Source: Vicinamibacterales bacterium | GTDB taxonomy: Bacteria > Acidobacteriota > Vicinamibacteria > Vicinamibacterales > SCN-69-37 | Assembly (NCBI GenBank): GCA_038918905.1 | Contig: JBCKZS010000010.1 | Coordinates: 638 to 64,637, forward strand | Length of the DNA: 64,000 bases | Reading direction: 5' to 3' | The notes under the pieces: generated by a model | What the model saw: the letters and a program-made list of their open reading frames with translations, nothing else | The model's database searches: none | What the model was told of the DNA's origin: nothing | Part shown: piece after piece, positions 52,002 to 64,000 of the stretch | Position numbering within the stretch: position 1 is the stretch's first letter | Layout: each line of letters begins with the position of its first letter | Position numbers and translations under genes: made by a program

Positions 52002-53317
52002 GTCGTTTCCCACAGCGCGCGCAGCGGCACGGCGTGCAGGCCGTCGCCGAAGCTGATGGTCGCGCTTCCATCGTAAAGCACGACGCCTGCGGCGAAGCGC
52101 TTACCCGCGGCGTCCCGCAGCTTGCGAAGTCCCCGGAGGTCACCTTCCGTCACGGTCGCGGCTGCCTTCACCTCGACGCCGGCGACGGCCGCATGGCCCT
52201 GCTCCAGCACGATGTCCACCTCGAAATCGTCGCGATCCCTGAAGTGGAAGAACTCGACCGGCATCGGTCGCCAGCTTGCCTGGCGGCGGAGCTCCTGGAG
52301 CACGAACGATTCCAGCATCGGCCCGAGCGCCGCGCGGTCCTCGTCGAGCGCCGCCGCGCCGATCCCGAGCAGGGAGCAGGCCACGCCCGTGTCGCCCATG
52401 TGGAGCTTGGGGCGCTTGACCATCCGGCTCAGGCGGTTCGTGTGCCACGCGGGCAATCGCTCGAGCAGGAACACCCGCTCCAGCAGCGTGACGTAGTCGT
52501 GGATCGTCTGGCGCGTCAGCTCGAAGGGGGCCGCAAGATCCGCCACGTTGAGGAGTGTCGCGGTATGGCTCGCCGCCAGGGCGAGCAGCTTGGGCAGCGC
52601 GTCGAGCGAGTGTATGCGCGCCAGGTCGCGGACGTCGCGCTGGATCTGCGTTTCGATGTAATCGCGGTACCACGCGCGCCGGCGCGCCGCGCTCCGGCGC
52701 GCGAGCGCCGCGGGGTATCCGCCTGCGACGATGCGCTCGGCGAGGCCGACGCCGAGGCGTTCGCTGATGCCGGTTCTGAAGCGGGCGGCAAACAAGGCGT
52801 CGATGAATCGCGGCCGGGTGCTCTCGATCTCGCATTGCGCCAGCGGATGGAGCCGCAGCAGGCCCATCCGCCCCGCCAGGGACTCGGCGAGGCGGGGAAC
52901 GAGGAGCACGTTGGCGGATCCCGTCAGGATGAACCTGCCCGCGGTTCTGCGCTGGTCGATAGCGGCCTTGAGCGAGGTAAAGATCTCCGGGATCCGCTGG
53001 ACGTCGTCCAGGATGGTCCTCGCCGGGAGGCGGGACACGAAGCCGACCGGGTCGTTTCGCGCGGCAGCGAGCACGGCCTCGTCGTCGAACGAGACGTACC
53101 GGTACCCGCGGGGCTCGCCGACGGCGCGAGCGAGCGTGGTTTTGCCGCTCTGCCGCGGGCCGTGGATCAGGACGGCGGGCGTGTCGCCGAGCGCCTCGCG
53201 CAGGCGCGGCGCGAGGTGGCGGGGATAGGGTTTGGCGATCCGGGACACGACCGATAGTAGCTGCGCCGGACGGCTGAATGCAAGAATAGCCGTCGGCTGA
53301 ACGCTATTTTCGGCCAC
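51998..53317 (-). CDS. AAA-family ATPase with DUF4143-type C-terminal domain
   Basis: [17 protein letters not shown] (Walker A). Its stop overlaps the hsdR ATG (ATGA). The real start is more likely the GTG at 53248 ([12 protein letters not shown]...), because 53271..53357 is a repeat array. Confidence 0.8.
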   Translation of the reverse strand: MAENSVQPTAILAFSRPAQLLSVVSRIAKPYPRHLAPRLREALGDTPAVLIHGPRQSGKTTLARAVGEPRGYRYVSFDDEAVLAAARNDPVGFVSRLPARTILDDVQRIPEIFTSLKAAIDQRRTAGRFILTGSANVLLVPRLAESLAGRMGLLRLHPLAQCEIESTRPRFIDALFAARFRTGISERLGVGLAERIVAGGYPAALARRSAARRRAWYRDYIETQIQRDVRDLARIHSLDALPKLLALAASHTATLLNVADLAAPFELTRQTIHDYVTLLERVFLLERLPAWHTNRLSRMVKRPKLHMGDTGVACSLLGIGAAALDEDRAALGPMLESFVLQELRRQASWRPMPVEFFHFRDRDDFEVDIVLEQGHAAVAGVEVKAAATVTEGDLRGLRKLRDAAGKRFAAGVVLYDGSATISFGDGLHAVPLRALWETT

Positions 53318-53357
53318 GGCTGATCGCTATTTTACGCATCGGCCGAACGTTACTGTC
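53271..53357. repeat. 23-bp tandem repeat, 3 full + 1 partial unit
   Basis: cggctgaatgcaagaatagccgt / cggctgaacgctattttcggcca / cggctgatcgctattttacgcat / cggccgaacgttac... It abuts the hsdR stub breakpoint. Confidence 0.8.
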
Positions 53358-53450
53358 CTCGCCGATATCCGCGCCGTTGACCACCCAGCCGATGCCATCC
53401 AGCCAGGCGAGGGCGGCCTGTTCAACGACGGATTCAGTGAAGGGAGTCAT
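53358..53450 (-). pseudogene. hsdR 5' stub (31 codons)
   Basis: [31 protein letters not shown] compared with intact hsd[36 protein letters not shown]. Homology ends after GGCGAG. Confidence 0.75.
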
Positions 53451-53585
53451 GACGATGCCCGGCCGATTATCCAGGAATGAGCAGGAATAAGCAGGAAAGA
53501 GCAGGCGAAAGGGCAGGAATAGGAAGGAATAAAAGCCAGAATAGGAGTTCAATTGGAGTCGAATTGGAGTTCCCCCGGCTGGCGA
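53451..53585 (-). promoter_or_regulatory. A/T- and pyrimidine-rich leader with phased short repeats (function unknown)
   Basis: Minus strand: AACTCCAATTCGACTCCAATTGAACTCC, then TTTCCTGCTT|ATTCCTGCTC|ATTCCTGGAT (10-nt phase). It is one of the very few non-coding gaps over 100 bp between hsdM and the GmrSD-like gene. Confidence 0.4.
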
Positions 53586-54350
53586 TCACGCCACCAGCTC
53601 CTCACGCACGCTCTCGCGCTGGCTCCACGGAACCGGGCGCACTTCGTAACTCCGCAGCGCGTCGATTACCGCTTGCGAGGCCGTCTGCTCCGAGTCATTC
53701 AGTAGCGCATAGGCGCGCGAATCCGGTGAGCGCACTTCCTTCGTGTCGATCCACGAGAGAACCACCGCCTGCGCGGTGTCGCGATTCGGCCGGTTGATGG
53801 TCTGGATGATGCGCTCCGGCTGCTGCCGCGATTTGGGGATCACGAAGTCAAACAGGTGGTCATACCCGGTCTTGCCCGTGAACTTGACCTTCGGTGTGTA
53901 TCGCACGTCGTGCACATCGAGCCAGGCAACGACATCCTCGTAAAAGAGGCTCGCCACTATCGGCACCGCCAGATAGAACATGTCGTTCACCGCCAGCATG
54001 GCTTGCACGAGGTTGTGCTTGCGCAGCGCGAAGTTGTCGGGCGACGCGTGGACCTGAAGCGCTTTACCGTCCATCTGAACGCCAAAGCCATTCAGCGTCA
54101 TCTTCAGCAGGTCCTGGCGCTTGTGGCTCTCCAACTTGCAGCCGCTCTGTTCCAGATCGCCGATCGTGTGCCCGTCGTCGGTCAGGATGAAGCCGCCGTT
54201 GGCCTTCTTCGCATAAATCTGCAAGTAGTCGTTGTGCCGATCGAGATAGGGCGTGGTGATCTCGATCCATTGATCGATCTGGCGAAGGACGGACTTGTCC
54301 TTGAGCCAGGCATGGTAGGCGTCCATTAAACGCTGGATGTCGTGAATCAT
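53586..54350 (-). CDS. DUF1828/DUF1829-like protein
   Basis: [19 protein letters not shown]...[18 protein letters not shown]...[16 protein letters not shown]... fits my recollection of DUF1828+DUF1829. ATGA overlap with the upstream ORF. Confidence 0.65.
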   Translation of the reverse strand: MIHDIQRLMDAYHAWLKDKSVLRQIDQWIEITTPYLDRHNDYLQIYAKKANGGFILTDDGHTIGDLEQSGCKLESHKRQDLLKMTLNGFGVQMDGKALQVHASPDNFALRKHNLVQAMLAVNDMFYLAVPIVASLFYEDVVAWLDVHDVRYTPKVKFTGKTGYDHLFDFVIPKSRQQPERIIQTINRPNRDTAQAVVLSWIDTKEVRSPDSRAYALLNDSEQTASQAVIDALRSYEVRPVPWSQRESVREELVA

Positions 54351-54796
54351 GTGAACAGCCCCCGGTCGATGTGCGGCGGTTGCGTGATATTGCAGAACCG
54401 CAGGAAGTCTTCCAGCGTCGCCCACACATCGCCGGTGTCCTGGAAACGGTCAGCCGGAACCGGCAGCGCCCACTTGTCGCCGTAGCCCTCGCGGTACAGG
54501 TGCAGATGGGGCGCCGGAATTTCTTCGTCGTCCGGGTTACGATGGGGAGCGCCGCCCAGATCGAGCCGGACAAGGACGACGACCTGCTGAGCCCGGTTCT
54601 GCATGGTGACCTTGACCAAATCGATGCGGCCGCGGCTCAGGTCGAGCAGGAATTGCTCCCGCTTGTCGGCGGACTGAAGCGGCACCACGATCGATTGCCC
54701 GCCCATCGGGAAGTCGATCCGATCGTCCGTGGTTCGGTGCTTCTCCATGGCGATCAAGGCATCCGCCTCGGCCTGCGTGAGATTGATGTCGGCCAT
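54347..54796 (-). CDS. hypothetical 149-aa protein, partner of the DUF1828/1829 gene
   Basis: [20 protein letters not shown]...[28 protein letters not shown]... A widespread uncharacterised family by recollection; not verified. Confidence 0.55.
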   Translation of the reverse strand: MADINLTQAEADALIAMEKHRTTDDRIDFPMGGQSIVVPLQSADKREQFLLDLSRGRIDLVKVTMQNRAQQVVVLVRLDLGGAPHRNPDDEEIPAPHLHLYREGYGDKWALPVPADRFQDTGDVWATLEDFLRFCNITQPPHIDRGLFT

Positions 54797-54841
54797 CAGA
54801 CCGCCCCCACGAACAAACGCCCGGCGCCATGTATCCACCGT

Positions 54842-54945
54842 CTGCCGGGTGCAAGCACCGCACCATGGCGGACGGACCAGCCGACGCTCTTCAGCCAGGC
54901 GAGGCCGGCCTGTTCGACCGTGGATTCGGTGAAGGTGGAGTTCAT
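54842..54945 (-). pseudogene. hsdR 5' stub (34 codons)
   Basis: [34 protein letters not shown]. Its ATG overlaps the HerA stop (ATGA). Homology ends after CCCGGCAG. Confidence 0.75.
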
Positions 54946-56699
54946 CGCTTCTGGTAGCGCCAGCGATTCGCGACGGCTTTCAGTTGGTCCTCGGACATCG
55001 CATCGCTCTGCCATCCCCTGTCGAAGTCGATGTCGTTCGACTTCGGTAGCTGGTCGTCCGCGAGATCTCGGATCATGATGCGTGAGGGAAGCATGGCTGC
55101 CTGACCGACGAAGATGGCCTCCTGTCGCCGCAGTCCAGACAGCATCTTCGTCAGTCCCGCCATCGAATCTGGAAGCACACCACGCACATGCTCCCTGTCC
55201 GCCTCATTCGTTATGCGGAGCACAATCCAAGAGTTGCACTGCGAGAGCACGGTCGACTCCACTTCGCTTGGCCGCTGCGATACAAGGAACAACCCGATGC
55301 CGTACTTACGGCCTTCCTTCGCGATCCGTCTGATGGCGCTTTGGGCTGCCCCATACTGCGCCTCACCGCTGTTGGGGACGTAGCGATGGGCCTCCTCGCA
55401 TACGAGCACAACCGGACTGACCTCTCGCTCAGCGACGGTCTGCCAGACCTTCAAAGAGAACAACGTTCGCGCGATCGCTGCGCTTGCCGTACCGGCCACC
55501 TCGTTAGGCACCCCGGACAGGTCGACGATTCTCACCGCATCACCGGCGCCTAGTATCTGAGCCAGCACGGACGGCATCGGGTCACCTGCTCCATCCCAGG
55601 CTTTCATCATGAACGAGAGTCGCTCGTCCTTTATCAACGAGTCGAGCTTTCTCAGAACCTTGTTGTAGTCCTCATGATCCTTCTTGTTCTTGTTGGTTGG
55701 TCTCTGTGAGTTGATTGCCCCTACGAGACCAGTCTCGTACTTCGCTCCGTTCAGCTCGCCGAACTCGTCCAATCCCGCCGGGTCACCAAGAAGGTAGGGG
55801 ATAGGCGCATCGACTGTGAGCTTGCTTGAGTCAAGCTGGAGAACGCTCGTCGCAGCGCTCGAACGTGCCGCGAGCAGTGCATTCTTGACAATGTTCGCCT
55901 GCGACGTAGCGGCGTACTCGGTCTTTCCGATTAAGAGACCAATGGTCTCATCAAGGTCCAAGAGCCAATAGGGCAGCGACAGTGTCCCCTCATCGGTGGA
56001 TAACCTCTTGTGCTCCTTGAATGCCTTGCCGTACTCGTTATGCGGATCGAGGATGACGATCTGCGGTTTCCAGTTGTCGTACTTGGCATCCTTGCCTCGT
56101 TGAATCACGCTGTGGATGATCGCTGCGACCGCGGCGGACTTGCCAGTACCGGTCGAGCCGAGTATCGCGGTGTGCTTGCCAAGCAGCTCATTCAAGTCCG
56201 CATAGCAGGGCGCTCCGCCCGCCCCCACATGCTCTCCGAGCTGGATGACTGCGCCTTTGAAGTGCCCGTAGATAAACCGCAGCTCTGACTTCGGCGTGAG
56301 ATAGACCGTTTGCTGGGGCAAGGGGTAGGTCGCTACGCCGCGTTCGAACTGCAGCTCCCCCTCGCCAGCGTCATCACGTGTCCATTCTCCCTCTCCGAAC
56401 AGATCAGCCTCAACGACCCTCTCATCCGCTGCGGCCCGAGGTGCCACCCCGCGCTCGGCCTCGTACTCCGCCTTCATTCGAAGCCGCCCGACAAGCGCGT
56501 AGATCAGGCGGCGGCCAAAGTGAATCCGCACGATCGATCCGAACTGCCCGATGGGATATGTCTCCCCCGCATAGACACGAGACAATTCCGTCAGGCCGGG
56601 GTCCAGCTCAGCAATGATGTGCGAGCCGTCCACCTCGATGATCTTGCCGATGGCCAGGTTCTCGATCGGATCGCCGGGATTGCGCTTTTCGGTATTCAT
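54942..56699 (-). CDS. HerA-like hexameric ATPase/helicase of a SIR2-HerA defence pair
   Basis: Walker A GSTGTGKS, Walker [12 protein letters not shown], 585 aa. ATGA overlap with the SIR2 gene. Confidence 0.85.
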   Translation of the reverse strand: MNTEKRNPGDPIENLAIGKIIEVDGSHIIAELDPGLTELSRVYAGETYPIGQFGSIVRIHFGRRLIYALVGRLRMKAEYEAERGVAPRAAADERVVEADLFGEGEWTRDDAGEGELQFERGVATYPLPQQTVYLTPKSELRFIYGHFKGAVIQLGEHVGAGGAPCYADLNELLGKHTAILGSTGTGKSAAVAAIIHSVIQRGKDAKYDNWKPQIVILDPHNEYGKAFKEHKRLSTDEGTLSLPYWLLDLDETIGLLIGKTEYAATSQANIVKNALLAARSSAATSVLQLDSSKLTVDAPIPYLLGDPAGLDEFGELNGAKYETGLVGAINSQRPTNKNKKDHEDYNKVLRKLDSLIKDERLSFMMKAWDGAGDPMPSVLAQILGAGDAVRIVDLSGVPNEVAGTASAAIARTLFSLKVWQTVAEREVSPVVLVCEEAHRYVPNSGEAQYGAAQSAIRRIAKEGRKYGIGLFLVSQRPSEVESTVLSQCNSWIVLRITNEADREHVRGVLPDSMAGLTKMLSGLRRQEAIFVGQAAMLPSRIMIRDLADDQLPKSNDIDFDRGWQSDAMSEDQLKAVANRWRYQKR

Positions 56700-57840
56700 C
56701 GCTCACCCCCGAGCAACCGCGTGATGTTTTCGAACTTCCACCACAGGAGATCCGTCGTCGACTTCTCCGAGGAATCACCATGAAAGAAGCCTCGGTTCGC
56801 GAAAATCAACACCTGTTCTCGGATCCTCTCGTCCTCGGTCCACGTCTTCAACTGGCCCGTCGGTTCGCTCTCGCTCGTGAACGCCACGACGGTCAAGTTA
56901 CCCGCGGATTCGCGGAGCCCCCTGTCCACCTCGATATTGATATGTGCGTCGGCGAAGCCGTATCCGCATATGACAAGGACGCGCTGGAAACCGTGGTTTG
57001 GCCGCATGACGCCCCGCGCTCGGTCCGCCAGTTGGGCGAATGGGTCCAACTGCGTTTCGCGATACTTCGTTGAAGCCGGCCAAATGAGAATCCGGCGGTC
57101 GTTCGCGTCTGTCACTTGGAGACTCGATGCAAATCGCCGGGGCAAGGGATCGCTGGGGAGCTCGCACCAGTTGATTGATCCGTGAAGCTTCAGGACGCGG
57201 GCGGCCAAACCGTCACGATCGAAAGTCTTAGGGTTCCACCAGCCCGTCACCCCTCCGTCGATCCCATCCGAGAACGGAACCCGCTCTAGTGCTAGAGCGT
57301 CCTCGATCGCGGTGTCGTAGTTGAGCACGAGGTAGTCCACAACCTGACCGGGTGCCGTTCTGCCCTCGCGCAAGGGGCGATGCACTGCGACGACAAAGGC
57401 TCGATGGATTGCAATCGAGACCTTCTTCTCGATGACGCTGGCAATGGCCCGCTTGATTTGATCGGCGGCACCTCGCAGTTGCGCGACGGTGTAACCCGTC
57501 GCGCCCAATGTGATGTCCTTCTGCGTCGCGCCACGGTCAACTCTGCGCTCCGCGATAGCAAGGAGGTCGATCAGTTCGCTTAGGTAATCCTCAATGTGTG
57601 CATTCGCGGCGCCGGCGAAGAGATTCTTGACAGCGGTCAGGATGGCTTTGCTCGTGCCATCGAGTTCACTGCTACCAAGAACCTCGGCCGTGAGTTCACC
57701 AGTCAGGGGGAGGCCCGCGCACTTGCTGCAACCCGCCCCGATCAAGAACGCCCGCCCACTCTGAACGACAAGTTCTTCGAACTTCGCGACCGCTTCGGAG
57801 AAAGGCTTCTCGCGGAGTACGGATAGATCGTCGGGCGTTG

Positions 57841-57844
<4 letters not shown>
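56696..57844 (-). CDS. SIR2-family (NADase-type) protein of a SIR2-HerA defence pair
   Basis: FLIGAGCSKCAGLP (GAGxS NAD loop), LKLHGSINW (catalytic His). GGAGG RBS. Its ATG overlaps the hsdS stop (ATGA). Confidence 0.85.
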
Positions 57845-59092
<1,248 letters not shown>

Positions 59093-59103
<11 letters not shown>

Positions 59104-59163
59104 ACCCACGCTCCTTCACGTTCGCGGCGACGGCACCGCCCGGCTTCGTAGCCTGCGCCCTGC
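59093..59163 (-). pseudogene. hsdM 3' stub
   Basis: ...AQATKPGGAVAANVKERGYGG* compared with the hsdM end ...[21 protein letters not shown]. About three quarters of 70 nt match by eye. Both ends use GGGTATGGC to start the next gene. Confidence 0.65.
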
Positions 59164-60299
59164 TCACGGCTTCCTCCGGCGAGCGCGTGGCGTCTCTTGC
59201 GATTCTCCGGAAAGCTCTGCCTCGATCTCCTCCACCGTCGGCAGGATCCCCTCCAGTTCCTTCGGCAGCGACTTGACGAGGCTCGTCTCCCACTGTGACA
59301 CGCCGATCGGCTTCTTGAGGTCGCGCAGCGCGTACTCCACCACGACCGCGTTCTTCGAGCGGCAGAGCAGCAGCCCGATGGTGGGCTTGTCGTCCGGATG
59401 GCGCAGCAGGTCGTCGGCCGCCGAGAGATAGAGATTCAGCTTCCCCACGAATGCCGGGGCGAACGCCACGGCCTTCAGCTCGACCACCACGTAGCAGCGC
59501 AGCTTCAAGTGGTAGAAGAGCAGGGTCCACCAGGAAGTCCTGGTCGCCGACCTCCAGCAGCACCTGCCTGCCCACGAAGGCGAAGCCGCTGCCCAGTTCC
59601 AGCAGAAAGCGCTGCACGTGATCGACGAGCGCCTCCTCCACCTCGCGCTCGCGGCGCGGGTCGGCGGTACCGAGGAAGTCGAACAGATAGGGGTCCTTGA
59701 AGACCTGGGCAGCGAGGTCGGACTCGCCGGGCGGCAGCGCCGCCGCGAAGTTGGTCAGCGCCTTGCCCTGGCGGTCGCGGGCGCGGCCCTGGATCTGGAG
59801 CACAAGGATGTTGTGCGACCAGCCCCGCTCGATGGCCTGGCGCGCGTACCAGAGGCGCTCGGCGGGGTCGTCGAGCTTCTCCAGCAGCGCGATGTGGTGG
59901 TACCAGGGCAATCGTGCAAGAGGCTCTTGCACGATTGCCCGCTCCGGCCAGGCCGCGGCGAACGCGCGCATGTACTTGAGGTTGCGCGGCGAGAAACCCT
60001 TCATGTCGGGGAACGCCTCGCGCAGGTCCGCGGCCAGGCGGTCGATCACCTTCGCGCCCCAGCCCGCGCTCTCCTGCCGCGCCAGGATCATCCGTCCGAT
60101 GTCCCAGTAGAGCAGGACCATCGCCGCGTTGGCGGACAGGACGACGCGCAGGCGCTCCTGCTGGATGCGCGACTTGATCGCGGCCAACGCGTCGGCGTAG
60201 TCCTGCGGGAGGGCAGTCCTGGCCGGCGCGACCGGAAAGCGCGCTTCGGGCCGGGCGCGGCCCCGCGCAAGCCGGATGTCGGCTTCCGGGCGGGAGCGC

Positions 60300-60310
<11 letters not shown>
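59164..60310 (-). pseudogene. YhcG/DUF1016-type PD-(D/E)XK nuclease, +1 frameshift
   Basis: N-part ...GSGFAFVGRQVLLEVGDQDFLVD and C-part LLFYHLKLRCYVVVELKAVAF...LSAADDLLRHPDDKPTIGLLLC are in different frames. There is an extra C in GACCCTG (59521..59527). Confidence 0.8.
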
Positions 60311-61919
<1,609 letters not shown>

Positions 61920-62365
61920 GGCGTACCTCCGCTCTGGGGCGCTGCTGGATTCTAGCGTATGCGGCACCCGTGACAGGTCAGGTCCCACGCGGTCAATAAT
62001 CCCGGCACGCTGACCCGCCCTGTCAGAGGGACGCTGATGGCGCAGTCCACGGTGAGCCACAACGCCATCCGCCGCAGGTCGTCGCGCGTGGACTGCGGGA
62101 ATTGCATGGCATGCTCGAGCAGGCCGTGCACCAACGTGCCCCACGCGGCGCCGGCATCGGCGCGGCGCGATGGGGTGGGGGTGGTAAAGACGGCCGTCGG
62201 ATCGCCTTCGGGTCATTGGCGCGGCCACGCCCTGCGTACGTCCCCGGCCGCCCTACGCACCGTCTCAGCGCCGACGAGCGCCATGGCATCCTGCCGATCG
62301 GCCAGCGTATGGCCGATGCCGTGCGTGGGCACAAACACCCACTTCGCGCTCGCTTCGCCCGCGCG

Positions 62366-62409
62366 GGTCCGGAGGTCCTGGGTCCAGGGTTCGAGGTCCT
62401 GAGGTCCGG
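62366..62409. repeat. GGTCC octamer-type array (5 units)
   Basis: GGTCCggaGGTCCtgGGTCCagggttcgaGGTCCtgaGGTCCgg, just 3' of the HTH antitoxin gene. Confidence 0.8.
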
Positions 62410-62413
62410 GAGC

Positions 62414-62737
62414 TCAGCGGCGTAGGGACAATTCGAAGCGCAGCCCCTCGGCGGCCTGCAACTGCGCGATGACCTCGAGCAGGTTCCGGGCGCGAGGATT
62501 CCCGTTCGGCCCCAGCATGCGCATGAGGCTCTTGCTCGGCCTGTCCGTCAGCTGGCTGAGGGCATCAAACCCGATGGTCGCGTTGATGTAGTCGCGCAAG
62601 ATCGCCTTGCCCGTGTCGAGGTCGCCCCCCAACAGACACTGCACGCCTTCGCGCAGAAGTTCCCGACGGAACCTGGGCTCTTTCTGCAGACGCGTCTGCA
62701 CCGTCGCCTTGAAATCACGTGTCAGCGCCATCATCAC
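62414..62737 (-). CDS. HTH antidote-type DNA-binding protein (HigA/COG3636-like antitoxin)
   Basis: ...[43 protein letters not shown] fits the 'addiction module antidote' pattern (..LS..GNP....L..V...L). Confidence 0.65.
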   Translation of the reverse strand: MMMALTRDFKATVQTRLQKEPRFRRELLREGVQCLLGGDLDTGKAILRDYINATIGFDALSQLTDRPSKSLMRMLGPNGNPRARNLLEVIAQLQAAEGLRFELSLRR

Positions 62738-62880
62738 ACCTGCTTGCGGCGTTTGTAATCACGCCACCGATCCGCGGCCAGTCGAATGTCGTTCTCCTGC
62801 CGCACCTTGGTGCCTCCCGCCAGCAAAATGACAAGCGTGTCTCCCTCCTTGCCGAAGTAGTCCCTGAGGTCGGTCCTCGA
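62734..62880 (-). pseudogene. 5'-truncated RelE/HigB-type 'addiction module killer' gene
   Basis: ...[43 protein letters not shown]. An in-frame TGA lies immediately upstream, so only about 48 codons remain. Overlaps the antitoxin start. Confidence 0.6.
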
Positions 62881-62988
62881 TCAACTGTTCGAGCTCGAGT
62901 CGTCCAAAAGAGACGCGGCGCCCCTGCTACGGAACGGTCTCGCGCGACCGAGGGCGAATCGGGCTACCGCGTCCCGGTGGTACAGAAA

Positions 62989-63360
62989 TTAAGATACAAG
63001 TAACTGTCCGTGGCCGGAGCGCTGCTGCTTGCGGGTCGCCGCCCCAGCGGCTGGCACGGGGACGGGCTTGAGCCACGGGACCCTCTGCCGCGTGCGCGTC
63101 GAGCGGCGCTGGCCGGCGCGCTCATCGAGGCGCGGACAGAGGCCGGCCCCGGAGAGGCGAGGGCCGGCGGGGGGGAACCGCGACAGGTCATCGCCGATCT
63201 CCGCGATGAGGACGGCGGCACCCGTGTGGCTCACGCCGGGCAGGGGCATCAAGCGAGTGGTGGCGGCGCGAAAGGGCGCGCGCGTGTCCTGGAGGCGCGC
63301 CTCCAGGTCGGCCACCGCGGCCTCCAGCGCCTCGATTTGCGTCAGGTGCCGATCGATCAT
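62989..63360 (-). mobile_element. IS110-family transposase fragment (C-terminal Transposase_20 part only)
   Basis: LMPLPGVSHTGAAVLIAEIGDDLSRFPPAGPRLSGAGLCPRLDERAGQRRSTRTR... The N-terminal DEDD domain is absent. Confidence 0.7.
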
Positions 63361-63524
63361 GCATTGATGATGCGCGGTGCCGCGACCGTGCCCACCTCGA
63401 GACGTTTGCTTTGGGTCGAAAGCGGACTCAAGTTCAGATTGGCACTACTATTGGGGGGGGGGCAGGTCACGCCTGCTTGCCGGGGTGCTGAGCGGACTGG
63501 GTGCCCCTTCCCGGAGAAAGGCAG

Positions 63525-63869
63525 ATGACCCTAGCCGACGAAAAATGCGTCCCATGCCGCGGTGGAGTTCCACCGATGGGAAAAAACCGTGCGGAAGAGC
63601 TGCTGCGGGAGTTGGACGACGGGTGGCACCTAAACCCGGATGGCCACCTCGAGCGCGCCTATGCTTTCAAGAACTTCGCGGATGCCATGGCTTTTGCCAA
63701 CAAGGTGGCCGACATCGCAGAAGACGAGGGCCATCACCCGGATCTCTACATCGCATGGGGCAAGTGCAAGGTGGAAATCTGGACGCACAAAATCACGGGA
63801 TTGACCGAGAGCGACTTCTACTTCGCTGCCAAGGCAGATCGCGGCTTTAAAGCCTCGAACAAGAGCTGA
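63525..63869 (+). CDS. phhB: pterin-4a-carbinolamine dehydratase
   Basis: ...GWHLNPDGHLERAYAFKNFADAMAFANKVADIAEDEGHHPDLYIAWGKCKVEIWTHKI.GLTE.DF is the PCD/DCoH signature. Confidence 0.85.
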   Translation: MTLADEKCVPCRGGVPPMGKNRAEELLRELDDGWHLNPDGHLERAYAFKNFADAMAFANKVADIAEDEGHHPDLYIAWGKCKVEIWTHKITGLTESDFYFAAKADRGFKASNKS

Positions 63870-64000
63870 GGCCACCCACGCGCTACGCGCCCTGCTACGT
63901 GGTCGCGGCGGCGCGCGGGGCAGCGGTGGCGCCACGCTTCATCTCGCGCACGAGGAAGTCCACCACGCGCTCGAACGGGTCAAAGCCAAACGCCTGCGCG

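Noticed and set aside
61920-62228. N-terminal extension of the hsdM ORF ([15 protein letters not shown]...).
   Set aside because: Conserved HsdM sequence starts at (M)PGKKSKTT, preceded by GGAGG and a TTG. The extension is Arg/Pro-rich and unlike HsdM.
61952-62340. Possible remnant of a PD-(D/E)XK/AddB-like nuclease: minus-strand peptides AKWVFVPTHGIGHTLADR and [15 protein letters not shown].
   Set aside because: There are only two short motif-like strings in different frames. This is too little to call a pseudogene without a profile search.

Overview
High-GC bacterial chromosome segment. It may be Acidobacteriota-like, which is a weak inference from stubs of Ser/Thr-kinase/TolB-type and FtsX/ADOP-type genes. 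All family calls come from motif recognition by eye; no searches or statistics were run. The window has three parts. (i) 1-12.8 kb is a decayed accessory stretch: a DUF433/PIN-like pair, a chimeric glpF plus glpK, a doubly frameshifted IS1380-type transposase, a secreted metzincin-like protein and several gene stubs. (ii) 12.8-42.1 kb is mainly housekeeping: POT transporter, YggX, a large TolB/Omp85-like protein, molybdopterin oxidoreductase, asnS, a dead rimO, and rimP-nusA-infB-rbfA-nrnA-truB-rpsO-pnp. This part also carries 7-8-nt tandem repeat arrays, a three-copy perfect palindromic terminator-like element, three small zinc-ribbon paralogues and a CPR-like domain. (iii) 42.1-63.4 kb is a ~21-kb defence island that starts directly after the pnp terminator. 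It holds an uncharacterised clan-CD (C25-like) protease + SGNH hydrolase pair, a GmrSD-like type IV enzyme, and a type I R-M operon. Nested inside that operon are SIR2-HerA, a DUF1828/1829 two-gene module, a DUF4143 ATPase and a YhcG-like nuclease. Most junctions are ATGA stop/start overlaps, and the insertions are marked by duplicated hsdR 5' ends (two stubs cut at the same nucleotide) and a duplicated hsdM 3' end. No rRNA, tRNA or CRISPR array was seen.
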